In this document: in pieces, positions 1 to 9,566 of the stretch | Layout of the letters: the number at the start of each line of letters is the position of its first letter | How positions within the stretch are numbered: the stretch's first letter is position 1 | Virus record (IMG/VR): IMGVR_UViG_3300031760_000013 | Location: 2,458 to 66,457 of that record | DNA length: 64,000 nt | Source: a virus | Taxonomy: Duplodnaviria > Heunggongvirae > Uroviricota > Caudoviricetes | Strand: one strand, 5' to 3' | Made by a program: the position numbers and the translations under genes | Notes under the pieces: model-generated | What the model was told of the DNA's origin: nothing | What the model saw: only the letters and a program-made list of their open reading frames with translations | The model's database searches: none

Positions 1-222
1 TTCCCGTCTATACAATGCTCGTCCATCGCGCACGATTTTCGGTTTGCCGTCTTCAATCGTTGTGTGATAATGATACGAAAGCCCGTAGTCAACAGTGAGA
101 CATTTCTTCGCTTTGTATCTTATCTGCGTCGTCAGGAAAGCCATGCTTGCATGACTGACCTGAGCGGCGAGTTTACCAGGAGACATATTTAAGTCTTTAC
201 GGGCTATGATAATTTGTTTCAT
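1..222 (-). CDS. Peptidyl-tRNA hydrolase, PTH2 family (partial; C-terminus lies beyond window start)
   Basis: Minus-strand ORF with ATG at 220-222. Translation MKQIIIARKDLNMSPGKLAAQVSHASMAFL... matches the PTH2 N-terminal signature (R.DL.M..GK.AAQ..HAS). Not in the ORF track because it is truncated. Confidence 0.5.
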   Translation of the reverse strand, partial: MKQIIIARKDLNMSPGKLAAQVSHASMAFLTTQIRYKAKKCLTVDYGLSYHYHTTIEDGKPKIVRDGRALYRRE

Positions 223-225
223 ATA

Positions 226-447
226 TTAGATTGCGGTGTGCGCCCAAGCGATATCACTAAGCTCCTCTACCCATTCGTCTGGGATACTTCTGCCTGAGGC
301 AAGGTACCGATGGATCGCATCTGCGATTTCGACGAATCTTTCCATGTCATGGACATGTCTCGGCTTAAGACCGAGAGGTGGCTTCTCAGCCTCATGCTTC
401 TCCGGTGCTTCGGGCATCTTCCTCGTTATCTCCATCTCGACAAACAT
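226..447 (-). CDS. hypothetical protein (73 aa; start may be internal)
   Basis: ORF in the minus-strand gene array; overlaps 392..676, so true boundaries are uncertain. Confidence 0.3.
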   Translation of the reverse strand: MFVEMEITRKMPEAPEKHEAEKPPLGLKPRHVHDMERFVEIADAIHRYLASGRSIPDEWVEELSDIAWAHTAI

Positions 448-676
448 CTGTGTTATCCTCCGTCAAATATGTAATACTACGGTACTCCGCATCGAACGCT
501 TTCATTTCACGATCGAAGATCTTACTTGATACTTCGTTGTACTCACGAACGATCTGCTGGTACTCTTCCATTGGGATTTCGTCTCTCAAAACTTTCTTGT
601 TGAACTCGGCGAATTTATTTCCAGCTTCTACGCTGGTCATTGATTCACTGAAGTACGCCATAGAAATACCTCGCAT
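392..676 (-). CDS. hypothetical protein (true start probably at an internal Met, about 640)
   Basis: ORF co-oriented with neighbours; overlaps both flanking ORFs. Confidence 0.3.
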   Translation of the reverse strand: MRGISMAYFSESMTSVEAGNKFAEFNKKVLRDEIPMEEYQQIVREYNEVSSKIFDREMKAFDAEYRSITYLTEDNTDVCRDGDNEEDARSTGEA

Positions 677-860
677 ATGTAGTAGATTTACCGAATCGGT
701 TATTTTCAGTCTCCATCTTCACAGAGATCGGATGCCCTTGCCGTTTAAGATCGTAGATACGAGCGCCGAGCCTCATAATCCCATATTCTCTTTCGGCATC
801 AAGAGGAGTGATTGACCCATGAGTTTGGAGATGATCCAGAACCATTTCGCACTGGGTCAT
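645..860 (-). CDS. small winged-helix/HTH DNA-binding protein
   Basis: 71 aa. The GSITPLDAEREYGIMRLGARIYDLKRQGHPI pattern is typical of small phage wHTH proteins. Confidence 0.4.
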   Translation of the reverse strand: MTQCEMVLDHLQTHGSITPLDAEREYGIMRLGARIYDLKRQGHPISVKMETENNRFGKSTTYARYFYGVLQ

Positions 861-862
861 AT

Positions 863-1075
863 TTACTCCTCTGTAGCAGTAGCGCAGAGATTAATAAAAT
901 CGGGTTTTGATTTTTCGTGAATAATCTTCTGCATCTTCTCAGTGGCCAGCTCCCAAGTTTGTACAGGTCTTCCGAGCAACTCTTCAAGGTACTTATAGGC
1001 CTCATTTTTCTTGTCTTCGGTGAGCATGCAATAACCTGTATATGCCTCAACTATTGCGCATTCTCTAATTGTCAT
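863..1075 (-). CDS. hypothetical protein
   Basis: 70 aa ORF, tightly packed. Confidence 0.35.
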   Translation of the reverse strand: MTIRECAIVEAYTGYCMLTEDKKNEAYKYLEELLGRPVQTWELATEKMQKIIHEKSKPDFINLCATATEE

Positions 1076-1099
1076 GTTATTTCCTCTTATCCAATCGTA

Positions 1100-1357
1100 T
1101 TAATTTAGTTCATATCCAAACGTGGTAACGAGTTGCTTAACGCTGTCGTCGAACAGATATGACTCTAAAGCGACACATACATCGCCGTCGAGATTGTAGA
1201 TACCAACCTTGTCGATGCCAATGTCGAACACTTCATCTCGCTTTTCGTAACCATGATCTAAACAGATATATACCTCTGAGTCACCATGGCCTGCGTCAAC
1301 AACCCCGCCGAGGAACCCAGCGAGTTCCTCGACAGTCATCTTATTTGATTTAGACAT
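1100..1357 (-). CDS. hypothetical protein
   Basis: 85 aa ORF; RBS-like sequence upstream. Confidence 0.4.
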   Translation of the reverse strand: MSKSNKMTVEELAGFLGGVVDAGHGDSEVYICLDHGYEKRDEVFDIGIDKVGIYNLDGDVCVALESYLFDDSVKQLVTTFGYELN

Positions 1358-1390
1358 TTTATTATTTAGTTAAAAGTTCCCTTTAATCCT

Positions 1391-1984
1391 TTAATTATTT
1401 GTGCTAGAACCATACAGTTCTACGAGATGCTTCATAATATCGTCGAAGCTTTCGAAATCCCCGTTCACCGCTGTATAAAGGACCATCCCATAGAGCAGCT
1501 GGTTGATACTGAAGCTCCTGCGCCAGCCCTTTTCGTTGAGCTGCGTATTACGAATATCGAAATAGTGGAAGAAATCTTTCTTGTTTGCGATCCGCGCGAT
1601 CTCTTCTACAAGGTGATTCAGCGTATCCTGCTCATCGCCTTTCTCATTGTTAACGATGTCGAGCAGTTTTTGCGCCATCCACTTCCAACCGAAGAGGCAT
1701 CCTGTTTCGCACATTGAACCGATTGCGCTCTGCTCTGGAGACATTACTACGAAGTCACTATTCCAGAGACGCTCAATGTCGGCTTCTGTAATTTTCTCTG
1801 CAAGCTTGTTGTTCTCTTCTTCGGTTACAGAGTTCTTGTCGTTAATAGATTTATTTTTTACGGGACTGTATACTTCAACATCCAGCCCGAGTTCGTTGAA
1901 TTTGTCGTATTCATACTGTCTGGCAAGGTTTGAACCGAAGCTCATGATATCCCCGCCAAGATAGCCAAGAGGTTTTTTATCCAT
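1391..1984 (-). CDS. nucleoside 2-deoxyribosyltransferase-like / deoxynucleoside 5'-monophosphate N-glycosidase-like protein
   Basis: 197 aa. N-terminal YLGGDIMSFGS and overall size resemble the nucleoside 2-deoxyribosyltransferase/Rcl fold. Assignment is by motif only. Confidence 0.45.
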   Translation of the reverse strand: MDKKPLGYLGGDIMSFGSNLARQYEYDKFNELGLDVEVYSPVKNKSINDKNSVTEEENNKLAEKITEADIERLWNSDFVVMSPEQSAIGSMCETGCLFGWKWMAQKLLDIVNNEKGDEQDTLNHLVEEIARIANKKDFFHYFDIRNTQLNEKGWRRSFSINQLLYGMVLYTAVNGDFESFDDIMKHLVELYGSSTNN

Positions 1985-2177
1985 TCAATTCCCTTTCAAA
2001 TTCCTGCATTGCATAATTCTCAAATTTTTCTGAGTTTTTGTATTTGGTTGCCTGTTTTAGTCCACAGAATGGGCAGTAATCAAATAGTTGCTGCCCACAT
2101 TCCGTGTCCCAATAAGCTTCGTGATGACAACGGGAACATTCCCAAAAGTCATGATGCTTCGGATTCGTTCGCCACAT
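1977..2177 (-). CDS. small zinc-ribbon protein
   Basis: 66 aa with four Cys/His in a C..C..H...C..C arrangement. Confidence 0.35.
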   Translation of the reverse strand: MWRTNPKHHDFWECSRCHHEAYWDTECGQQLFDYCPFCGLKQATKYKNSEKFENYAMQEFERELNG

Positions 2178-3417
2178 TATCTTTCAGCAGAATGTTGATG
2201 ATAACACCAAATACAAGCCCAAGTGCTGTTCCGCTAAGTGCAAATGTTGTACCACCGACAGCAAGCCCGCTGATGCCGAGCGAAAGTACACTTGAAACCA
2301 TGATCAGATTCTTCTGATTGTTTAGGTCGATCTTCTGCAGCATCTTAATACCGCTACATGCGATATAACCGTACAGGATAAGTGCAGCTCCAGCAAACAC
2401 ACAGCTCGGAATTGACGCTATAAATGCCTGAATCGGTCCGATAAATGCAAGCAGCATAAGCATTATCGCTGCGACATCAGTTACAATCGTGGATGCTACC
2501 CTAGAAAAACCAACACATGCTACACCTTCACCATAGCTACATATACCGAGGCCGCCGAGTACAGACCCAACGAGATTAGCGACACCCTCTCCGATGAAAA
2601 TCTTTCCGAGCCCAGGGTTTTCGTATAGATCTACGCCGATAATCCCGCTAAGTGCTGCATGGTCAGAAAGACTTTCCATCATAGCGCTTACTGTGTAAGC
2701 TATGTACATTATAATAACTGGCAGATAATTAATCGCAGGAGATTCTGTCCAGTGTGACAGCGCAAGATCTGGCCACGAGAAGAGCTTCATATTCTGGAAC
2801 ACACTGAAATCAATAATCTCACACACCCCAGTTAGTGTAAGGATGAGTGCAAACGCATACCCTGCTAGCGTACCAAGCAAGAACGGCAAGATTTTTGCTA
2901 AGCCTTTTGCGTAGTGGCTAATTAATGCGATTACTACCGTTGTGAACAGAGCAACTGCCACGCCATACATATTAGTTACACCATTAATCTGTACGTACGT
3001 TCCGATAAATCCCATTAGAGTTATACCGATTACCGCTGTTACTGCGCCGATCAGCGCCTTCGGGAACACCTTGTATATTTTATCGACTGCAATTTTGGTG
3101 AAGATCAGACCAAACAGGCAATACACAATACATGTTGTAAGGCCACCAACTGCTACAGCTTTATATCCGCCTGCGGCGAGAGCGAACATAACCGGCGCAA
3201 CGAAAGCGCCAGAGTTTGACAAGAACATTGGGGATTTATATCGTGTTATAAACAGGTACACAATTGTTGAAAAGCCCGCCCCAAACAGAGCACCACTTAC
3301 ATTTACACCACAAATATTTGCAATGAGAAGTGAGGCGACAAAAACTGCTAAAAGAATCTGTACGCCATACAGGAGAAGTTCTCCAAGCGGCGGTGTATCA
3401 TCGACTTTATAGATCAT
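2149..3417 (-). CDS. NCS2-family nucleobase permease (uracil/xanthine permease-like)
   Basis: 422 aa polytopic membrane protein. N-terminus PLGELLLYGVQILLAVFVASLLIANICG matches the uracil/xanthine permease start. Glycine-rich TM helices run throughout. Confidence 0.7.
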   Translation of the reverse strand: MIYKVDDTPPLGELLLYGVQILLAVFVASLLIANICGVNVSGALFGAGFSTIVYLFITRYKSPMFLSNSGAFVAPVMFALAAGGYKAVAVGGLTTCIVYCLFGLIFTKIAVDKIYKVFPKALIGAVTAVIGITLMGFIGTYVQINGVTNMYGVAVALFTTVVIALISHYAKGLAKILPFLLGTLAGYAFALILTLTGVCEIIDFSVFQNMKLFSWPDLALSHWTESPAINYLPVIIMYIAYTVSAMMESLSDHAALSGIIGVDLYENPGLGKIFIGEGVANLVGSVLGGLGICSYGEGVACVGFSRVASTIVTDVAAIMLMLLAFIGPIQAFIASIPSCVFAGAALILYGYIACSGIKMLQKIDLNNQKNLIMVSSVLSLGISGLAVGGTTFALSGTALGLVFGVIINILLKDNVANESEAS

Positions 3418-3595
3418 ATTTCTTTTCCTTCTTTAAAAGTTTATTCCAAAGTGCTTCACGGTTTCTCGTGACATAATTTTTCCACTCAAAGTAGCGGCGC
3501 ATCTTATTGTTGAGATAACCGAGAAACTGAATCCGTCTTGCGGCTTCTTCTGGTGTTAAAAATACTTCCTTTTCTTCCAAATAATCACCTTCTAC

Positions 3596-4075
3596 TTAAC
3601 TTATACGCTCTCCATACTGGTTTGGAGAAGCGAGAAAGACACCTAAAACTTTGTCAAAATGTTTGTCGTAGTTCGGTAAGAACCGGCCATACTTCATGAC
3701 AATGTTTTCGTATTGCTGCAGCTGTGAGACTTGGTCTTCTACCTCAGCTTTAGTATAACCGGTGTAAATTACCAGATCATCTTTACATTTGAACTTCTTT
3801 CGGAGCGTTTTTGTAAAGGCAAGAACTTCATCGAATGTGTCCATCGGTTCTAGGCCAGCAAGCACGATTGCGTGAGTGATGCCATTAGATAGATATCGAT
3901 TGATGATCATCTCGTCATCCAATGTGACTGTTTTTTGCGTGGCTAAGGCGCTGTTCTGGCACCATTTGCCGTTGCTTTCTTTATCACATTTGAATGTGCA
4001 TGTGCTTGTGGCTATGTACATAGATGGAGTTTTGTAGTTGATGAAGTCTTCGTCGATCAATCCTTTTAACCGCAT
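3596..4075 (-). CDS. nrdG: anaerobic ribonucleotide reductase activating protein (NrdG-like radical-SAM activase)
   Basis: 159 aa. CTFKCDK...C cysteine cluster near the N-terminus, LAGLEP (GG[DE]P-like) and TGYTKAEVED parallel phage NrdG. Sits next to nrdD. Confidence 0.55.
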   Translation of the reverse strand: MRLKGLIDEDFINYKTPSMYIATSTCTFKCDKESNGKWCQNSALATQKTVTLDDEMIINRYLSNGITHAIVLAGLEPMDTFDEVLAFTKTLRKKFKCKDDLVIYTGYTKAEVEDQVSQLQQYENIVMKYGRFLPNYDKHFDKVLGVFLASPNQYGERIS

Positions 4076-4362
4076 TCTTCGTCCTGATACTTTTCCTTGA
4101 GCTTACGCAGCGCTTCTTCTCCAAGTGGAGTCAGTGTGAATACCGCGTCGCTAGGGATGTACCCGTCCTGCGCTTCTTTAATTGCCGCACGTACTTCGTC
4201 GTAGCCGAGCGTCGTCTGAACTTTGTGTACGTCGCCATCGTAATAGATTTTCGCCTCGATTCTTACTTCGAGTGTGGATGACGGGATGGCGAGGACTATG
4301 TATTCTTGTTCAAGCTCGATTTCGGTTCCTGGTTTCCATTCGTCTTTTTTCTTTTTTGCCAT
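4066..4362 (-). CDS. hypothetical protein
   Basis: 98 aa ORF between nrdD and nrdG. Confidence 0.4.
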   Translation of the reverse strand: MAKKKKDEWKPGTEIELEQEYIVLAIPSSTLEVRIEAKIYYDGDVHKVQTTLGYDEVRAAIKEAQDGYIPSDAVFTLTPLGEEALRKLKEKYQDEECG

Positions 4363-4402
4363 ATACTAATCTGATACGCCTCTCAATTCTTTTAACTTTT
4401 AT

Positions 4403-6325
4403 TTATTTTGTGCGGTTGACATCTTCCCACTCTCTGAGCTTAAATTCAGCCTTCCGCTCTTTCGAGTATGTTTTTACAGGTGTGTAGAAGCCGACTATTC
4501 TGGTATACTCAGTTTCTACCGGTTCTCCACATTCTGGGCAAATTTTTCCAAAGAACGCATGGTTATGCTTGCACGCTTGTATTTTTGTATTGAAGGCGAA
4601 ATAAGTAACACCTTGGTCAGCAATATAATTTAGCATATCCCACGCTGCTTCATCACTTGAGAACGGAGCTTCGATATTGACATGTAAGATACTGCCACCA
4701 TTACAGAATTTATCAAACATCGCTGCGATTCTAATGCGTTCTTGCATTGTCGCTTTGATCCCGAGCGGTAGAAACTGATTCCCGTACAACGGGAGGTCGG
4801 TTACTGTATCGTTTGGGTAAAAGAAAAGGTCTTTCTTCATAAGTTTTGCAGCAGCTGTTTCGCCAGGGATCTGCTCACAATTGATTTGGTAATCCACGTG
4901 TTTCATGAACTCGTTTTTCACGCTGTGAATAGTATCGAATATCGCCTTGCCAAATCTTTCAGCATCTTCTGTGTAGTAAGTATTACCAAGCTCATCAACA
5001 CGGGTATACCCGAATTTCTTCATTGTCTCATAAACACCTAAGAACCCAATAGTATTGTATAGATGCTCAAAATCTATTAGCCCATTGCTAAAATTCTTAA
5101 GTAGCCCCTTTTCGACATTACGTTTGATAATATCTCTTACAACATCAAGAGCCTGCAGATCTAGCCAAGTGAGATGCGCTAATGCTTCGAGGTATTTTTC
5201 CTCTGTATCATTTTCCAGCGCAAGTCTCGCTAAATTTATAGTGTTCACTTTAACAGAGCCAACCTTTAAAGCTGTCCCGCCGATTGAATTGAAGTACCCG
5301 AGATCTTTTATCGAAGACTTAAGTCTACAGCAGTTTGATAAGCTTGTAACAGATGAGTCCACAAACAAATTGCTATCTTGCCATTTCCGGTTATGAGCGC
5401 TTGCGTATCTAGCGAATTCTTCATCAACAAACTTACCGTTTTGCCTCAAGAGCGAAATAGAATTAACTGGGAACGTCATCATATTCTTCGAGCGGATATC
5501 AGACATAGTTTCGAGGAACATTTTCTGGAAATACATAATTCCTTCTATTTCGTCGATCATCAGTGCCCCATCTGGGAATACTGAACCACCAAACAAAGCC
5601 TCAAGATATGGGTGATCAAATATACTTGTATTCGTAAAGGCAGACTGAATCCCATTCCTGGTGTAGGGTTGATTTAGTGAATAAATTAACCGTTGTATAT
5701 TTTGCTGTGCGTAAACCTCAGGTGATACAGTGTAATATCCATTTTTAACATCTCTATCCCAAAAATAATACATATACGGAATCAGATTGGGCAGACCGCA
5801 AGCGCCAGAAGACCGATTCGAGCAGTAGCTTGTGAATTCCTTGACGAAGTCCACGAATGTTGTTAAATGTTTTGGCGGCTCTGCGTTGAAATTTTCGATA
5901 AAGAACAAGCCTTTCTCAGCTAAATCCTTAAGGTCGTAAGCGAAACAGTAGCTCACAAACGTTGTTGTATTGGCATCATGCATATACAGCTTGCCGACCC
6001 ACTCTGACTGCAGCCACTCATTTGCGACTTTAAACCCATACTTTTTATTTAGTTCATAGAAGATTTTGTTAAATGAAAGAAGCTTCTGATGAGGCTTTGG
6101 CATCTCATTGATCAATGTAACGATGTCTTTTTGGCCAACATTAGCGTTGCCGTCAACAGATGCGTCAGCAACAGTGTCAGAATCAATGAAATTATCTATG
6201 AAATCGGTATAGCTAAGTTGTCTAGGGGAAAACCCATTGAGTGCTGCGATCTCTTCCCCATAATCGTTCTGCATCCTATTATATGCATTAACGAAGTTTC
6301 TATTTAGATCAATGTTTATATTCAT
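4403..6325 (-). CDS. nrdD: anaerobic ribonucleoside-triphosphate reductase (class III RNR)
   Basis: 640 aa. C-terminal Zn-ribbon CKHNHAFFGKICPECG followed by the glycyl-radical motif TRIVGFYTP. Adjacent to an NrdG-like activase. Confidence 0.8.
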   Translation of the reverse strand: MNINIDLNRNFVNAYNRMQNDYGEEIAALNGFSPRQLSYTDFIDNFIDSDTVADASVDGNANVGQKDIVTLINEMPKPHQKLLSFNKIFYELNKKYGFKVANEWLQSEWVGKLYMHDANTTTFVSYCFAYDLKDLAEKGLFFIENFNAEPPKHLTTFVDFVKEFTSYCSNRSSGACGLPNLIPYMYYFWDRDVKNGYYTVSPEVYAQQNIQRLIYSLNQPYTRNGIQSAFTNTSIFDHPYLEALFGGSVFPDGALMIDEIEGIMYFQKMFLETMSDIRSKNMMTFPVNSISLLRQNGKFVDEEFARYASAHNRKWQDSNLFVDSSVTSLSNCCRLKSSIKDLGYFNSIGGTALKVGSVKVNTINLARLALENDTEEKYLEALAHLTWLDLQALDVVRDIIKRNVEKGLLKNFSNGLIDFEHLYNTIGFLGVYETMKKFGYTRVDELGNTYYTEDAERFGKAIFDTIHSVKNEFMKHVDYQINCEQIPGETAAAKLMKKDLFFYPNDTVTDLPLYGNQFLPLGIKATMQERIRIAAMFDKFCNGGSILHVNIEAPFSSDEAAWDMLNYIADQGVTYFAFNTKIQACKHNHAFFGKICPECGEPVETEYTRIVGFYTPVKTYSKERKAEFKLREWEDVNRTK

Positions 6326-6337
6326 TACTCTGCCGCC

Positions 6338-6559
6338 TCACTGCTTATTCGCCCATTTAACGGCATCCGCAAACCCCATCAGCTTCCCGTCAACCATCAG
6401 CCCAGGCGCTTCCATCATCCCAAGCTTCAACATCTCATCCACGTCATTATTCACCGTGAACTTTACGCCCTTCTCATTCAATCTCCCCTCGAGAATCGCG
6501 CATTTTGGGCAATTCGTCGAGTACAACACAATGTCATTCATACAACCACTCCTCTTCAA
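6338..6559 (-). CDS. glutaredoxin-like protein (NrdH-like)
   Basis: 73 aa with a CPKC redox motif at the position expected for glutaredoxin/NrdH; next to the RNR genes. Confidence 0.6.
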   Translation of the reverse strand: MKRSGCMNDIVLYSTNCPKCAILEGRLNEKGVKFTVNNDVDEMLKLGMMEAPGLMVDGKLMGFADAVKWANKQ

Positions 6560-7148
6560 AGTTATCGAAATCCACGTCTATCCGCTTATCACTTCCTGCA
6601 ATCTTCTGGATTTCGTTGTATATCTCAAACCAGCTTTTCACACGAACCATACCGTTTTCTTCAGCTGGGTAGTTAAAGTTATGCGGCGAATTCACAAGGA
6701 TTTTCGCATAATCCCCGCCTTCTAAATTGTGCGGGCCGTCATCAATAAGCACATCGCCGCGAATCATCTGCTTATTACACGTTACAATCACGTGCTCCCA
6801 GTCTATTATTGGAAGGTACTTAAAGATCACTTTCTCAAACTTTACCGGGATCGTCTTGTAGTACGAGCTTGTCACGAGATACACATTATGCCCTTCTGCC
6901 ATCAGCTTTTGGATGATGCCATACGCAAACGGCATAGGCTCGACCATATCCCACAGCTCTTCCTCTTGGAGGGCACCATATATTTGGCCGAACGTGAGGC
7001 TTGGAAACGCCTTACAGATGTCCCAGTCTCTAATCGCAAACCAATCTACATTCAGCCCGTACTTCTTGTTCAGGAACTTGACCCATCCTTTTAGCAGAAA
7101 ATGAATCGTATCGTCTGCATCAACCAGAATTGTTAACTTCTTGGGCAT
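6534..7148 (-). CDS. 5'(3')-deoxyribonucleotidase (HAD superfamily)
   Basis: 204 aa. N-terminal ILVDADDTI (DxDxT HAD motif I); size and layout fit NT5C-type deoxynucleotidases. Confidence 0.55.
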   Translation of the reverse strand: MPKKLTILVDADDTIHFLLKGWVKFLNKKYGLNVDWFAIRDWDICKAFPSLTFGQIYGALQEEELWDMVEPMPFAYGIIQKLMAEGHNVYLVTSSYYKTIPVKFEKVIFKYLPIIDWEHVIVTCNKQMIRGDVLIDDGPHNLEGGDYAKILVNSPHNFNYPAEENGMVRVKSWFEIYNEIQKIAGSDKRIDVDFDNFEEEWLYE

Positions 7149-7855
7149 TATTCCTCCAACTCGTCAGCGTGCTGGCTAATCCACCCACGGTGGTTCGTCT
7201 TCAGTTCGCAAACAGCACACCGCTCATGATCTTTAAAGTGCTCGATATACTTTGCAAAACCGCTCTTGTTTGGATTATCAAGGTCGATCTGCCCAACATG
7301 GCCAATACAGATGACTTTGCATTCAGGCCCGACACGAGTAAGCGTTTTCTTCAACTGGTCAAACGACAGGTTCTGGCTTTCATCCACGATCAGTATCTTT
7401 TTTCCAGTGAACGTTACGCCACGGATGTATGTGTCCGTCATACATGTGATATATCCACCTGTTTTGTCGCCTGTGAGACCGTCCTGGTTAACTGCTGTGT
7501 TTGGATTTACGCCGCAAGCAATCAATGCCTGATAGAGCGGGTCGAAATACACAGAAGATTTACTCTGGATATCGCCAGGGAGATACCCTTGTTTCCTTTC
7601 ACCGTACGGAGACACGACATAAATGATTTCGTCATACAGTCCGAACTGAACCATGATATTTGCGGTGCCTACTGCAACTAAGTCTTTGCCAGTACCGGCG
7701 GGGCTATTACAGAAGACGATGTCAATATCATTGCTGTAAATAGCCTCCGCAAATTCGAGCTGCTCTTTATCAAGCTGATACCCGTAGAACGGGCAATCAG
7801 CCATCTTCTGCGGAGGTTCTTGCGTGAAATCTATTTTCTTTCTCTTGTTTGCCAT
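7148..7855 (-). CDS. phoH: PhoH-family ATPase
   Basis: 235 aa. Walker A is NSPAGTGKDL; overall PhoH-like arrangement, which is common in phages. Confidence 0.65.
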   Translation of the reverse strand: MANKRKKIDFTQEPPQKMADCPFYGYQLDKEQLEFAEAIYSNDIDIVFCNSPAGTGKDLVAVGTANIMVQFGLYDEIIYVVSPYGERKQGYLPGDIQSKSSVYFDPLYQALIACGVNPNTAVNQDGLTGDKTGGYITCMTDTYIRGVTFTGKKILIVDESQNLSFDQLKKTLTRVGPECKVICIGHVGQIDLDNPNKSGFAKYIEHFKDHERCAVCELKTNHRGWISQHADELEE

Positions 7856-7869
7856 CGACGAAAACCTCC

Positions 7870-8508
7870 TTAGATGATCTCGTCAATATCGCAATCTTCC
7901 CCGATTATGTAATCAACGAAACCTTTCTCTTTTGCTTCATCTGCGAACATGTACCATTCAACACGGTACTTGTCTTCGTACTCTTTCTCTGTCACATTGC
8001 TGTGCTCCATTATGTAACGCTTGATACGCTGCTCAGCACGCCGCTGGAACTCCATCTGATCCTGCAGTTTTGCGCTAGAGTCCCATGCAAAGCTGGAGCC
8101 GTCATGCATCAGGAACCGAGCGTTCTTCATTGCGTAACGTTTATGACCTGCGATACCGATCAAAAATCCCATACTGTACTGGAACCCGAGATTGATAGTG
8201 TAGACCGGAGTCTTGCTTGTGCAGATTGCATCAATTACTTCAAAACCTGCGTCAACAGAACCACCATTTGAAGTGACGTACAGAATAATCGGCTGGCGCT
8301 CTTCAATGGGTTTGCCTTTATCCTCTTTGTTGAACTGGAGGATATGTTTCACAACGTCCTCAACATTCCACTGGTCAATATCTGCGTTCAGAAAAAGCTT
8401 TCTCTGCTTGAGATCTTTAACCGCGAAGATGTCGGTCAAAAGCCCGCTTGCAGTGTCCAACTCAAGATCAAGTTCAATATCGTAGTATCCATTTTCTTTA
8501 GTTTCCAT
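7870..8508 (-). CDS. ClpP-like serine protease
   Basis: 212 aa. TSNGGSV and YSMGFLIGIAG (active-site Ser context) resemble the S14 ClpP family. Confidence 0.55.
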   Translation of the reverse strand: METKENGYYDIELDLELDTASGLLTDIFAVKDLKQRKLFLNADIDQWNVEDVVKHILQFNKEDKGKPIEERQPIILYVTSNGGSVDAGFEVIDAICTSKTPVYTINLGFQYSMGFLIGIAGHKRYAMKNARFLMHDGSSFAWDSSAKLQDQMEFQRRAEQRIKRYIMEHSNVTEKEYEDKYRVEWYMFADEAKEKGFVDYIIGEDCDIDEII

Positions 8509-9034
8509 AAACGTTCTCCTTTAAAAACTTTTCTACTTTCTCTCCGAGTGCACTCAGGTCGCCGTCATTCTCAATAATGTAGTCTGGAGCCACATTATCC
8601 AGTGCCGTCTCAGACGGATGGTTTTTCTGTTCTTCCGTGAGTCCATTATCGAAATCTGGACGGATAATCCTTAAATGCGTTACATCAAACCCCTCTGTTT
8701 TTAAAACGTGAATTTCATTTTGAAATCTTGTATCAGGGATGATCACGAAATCCCAATGATTATTGAATAAACTGAGGACCGACACAATGAAGTCAACCCA
8801 GAAATCGGGCTTTTTTTTGCGCACCACGTCAGTTCCGACATATTGGAGTAAAGATCTACCCCTTTCGTCCTTCAAACCGTCCCAATCAAAAAATGTCTTG
8901 CATATGTATTTAACCAGGTCGGCATAATGGGTAATTAACACCTTATACCCATTCCGCCTAATGTTCGCTGCCATTAAATTAGCGACAGTGTCTTTACCAT
9001 TTCTTGCGTGCCCTGAGATTGTGATTACTTTCAA
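8498..9034 (-). CDS. deoxynucleoside monophosphate kinase
   Basis: 178 aa. P-loop ITISGHARNGKDT near the N-terminus resembles T4 gp1-type dNMP kinase. Confidence 0.6.
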   Translation of the reverse strand: MKVITISGHARNGKDTVANLMAANIRRNGYKVLITHYADLVKYICKTFFDWDGLKDERGRSLLQYVGTDVVRKKKPDFWVDFIVSVLSLFNNHWDFVIIPDTRFQNEIHVLKTEGFDVTHLRIIRPDFDNGLTEEQKNHPSETALDNVAPDYIIENDGDLSALGEKVEKFLKENVYGN

Positions 9035-9079
9035 ATAGTATCAATCCCCCTTTGCAGATTATTTAATTAGGCTGACAAC

Positions 9080-9292
9080 TTAAACAATATCAACCTCTTG
9101 GCAGATCGGGCTGATCTTGCACTTTTCAATAAGATTATCCATGCAATTACAGCACAAATCAATTCTCACTGAACTGCCATCATATTTTGACCCATACCCG
9201 ATGCGATAGCTAACGAAAACGCACTCTTCCTGCGTATCCCACTCATCAAACTTCTTGCCGCACATATTGCAAACGCGTTCGACTTTAAGCAT
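9080..9292 (-). CDS. small zinc-ribbon protein
   Basis: 70 aa; CNMCGKK...CCNC cysteine pairs. Confidence 0.35.
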   Translation of the reverse strand: MLKVERVCNMCGKKFDEWDTQEECVFVSYRIGYGSKYDGSSVRIDLCCNCMDNLIEKCKISPICQEVDIV

Positions 9293-9293
9293 A

Positions 9294-9557
9294 TTAGCTC
9301 TCCTTATGTAATTTGAATGATTCGATGAATTCGTCGATCATTTCCCAGCTTTCTCTTTCCCTGGCTTCTGTGATGAAATATTCAATGTTTCTCATTTGGG
9401 CTTCCAAAATATCGACTCTTTCTTTTAATGTCGCAATAGCCTCAGAAGCCCCGTAATCGATATAAGCCATATGACTCCAATCATTTGGTGAGTATATGTT
9501 AGCCGCTGATGTAGTTGTAGTCCCCCATAAACCCTGCTCTATATGTGTTGGCACCAA
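9294..9557 (-). CDS. hypothetical protein
   Basis: 87 aa ORF immediately downstream of the polymerase gene. Confidence 0.35.
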   Translation of the reverse strand: MVPTHIEQGLWGTTTTSAANIYSPNDWSHMAYIDYGASEAIATLKERVDILEAQMRNIEYFITEARERESWEMIDEFIESFKLHKES

Positions 9558-9566
9558 CCCACCTCC

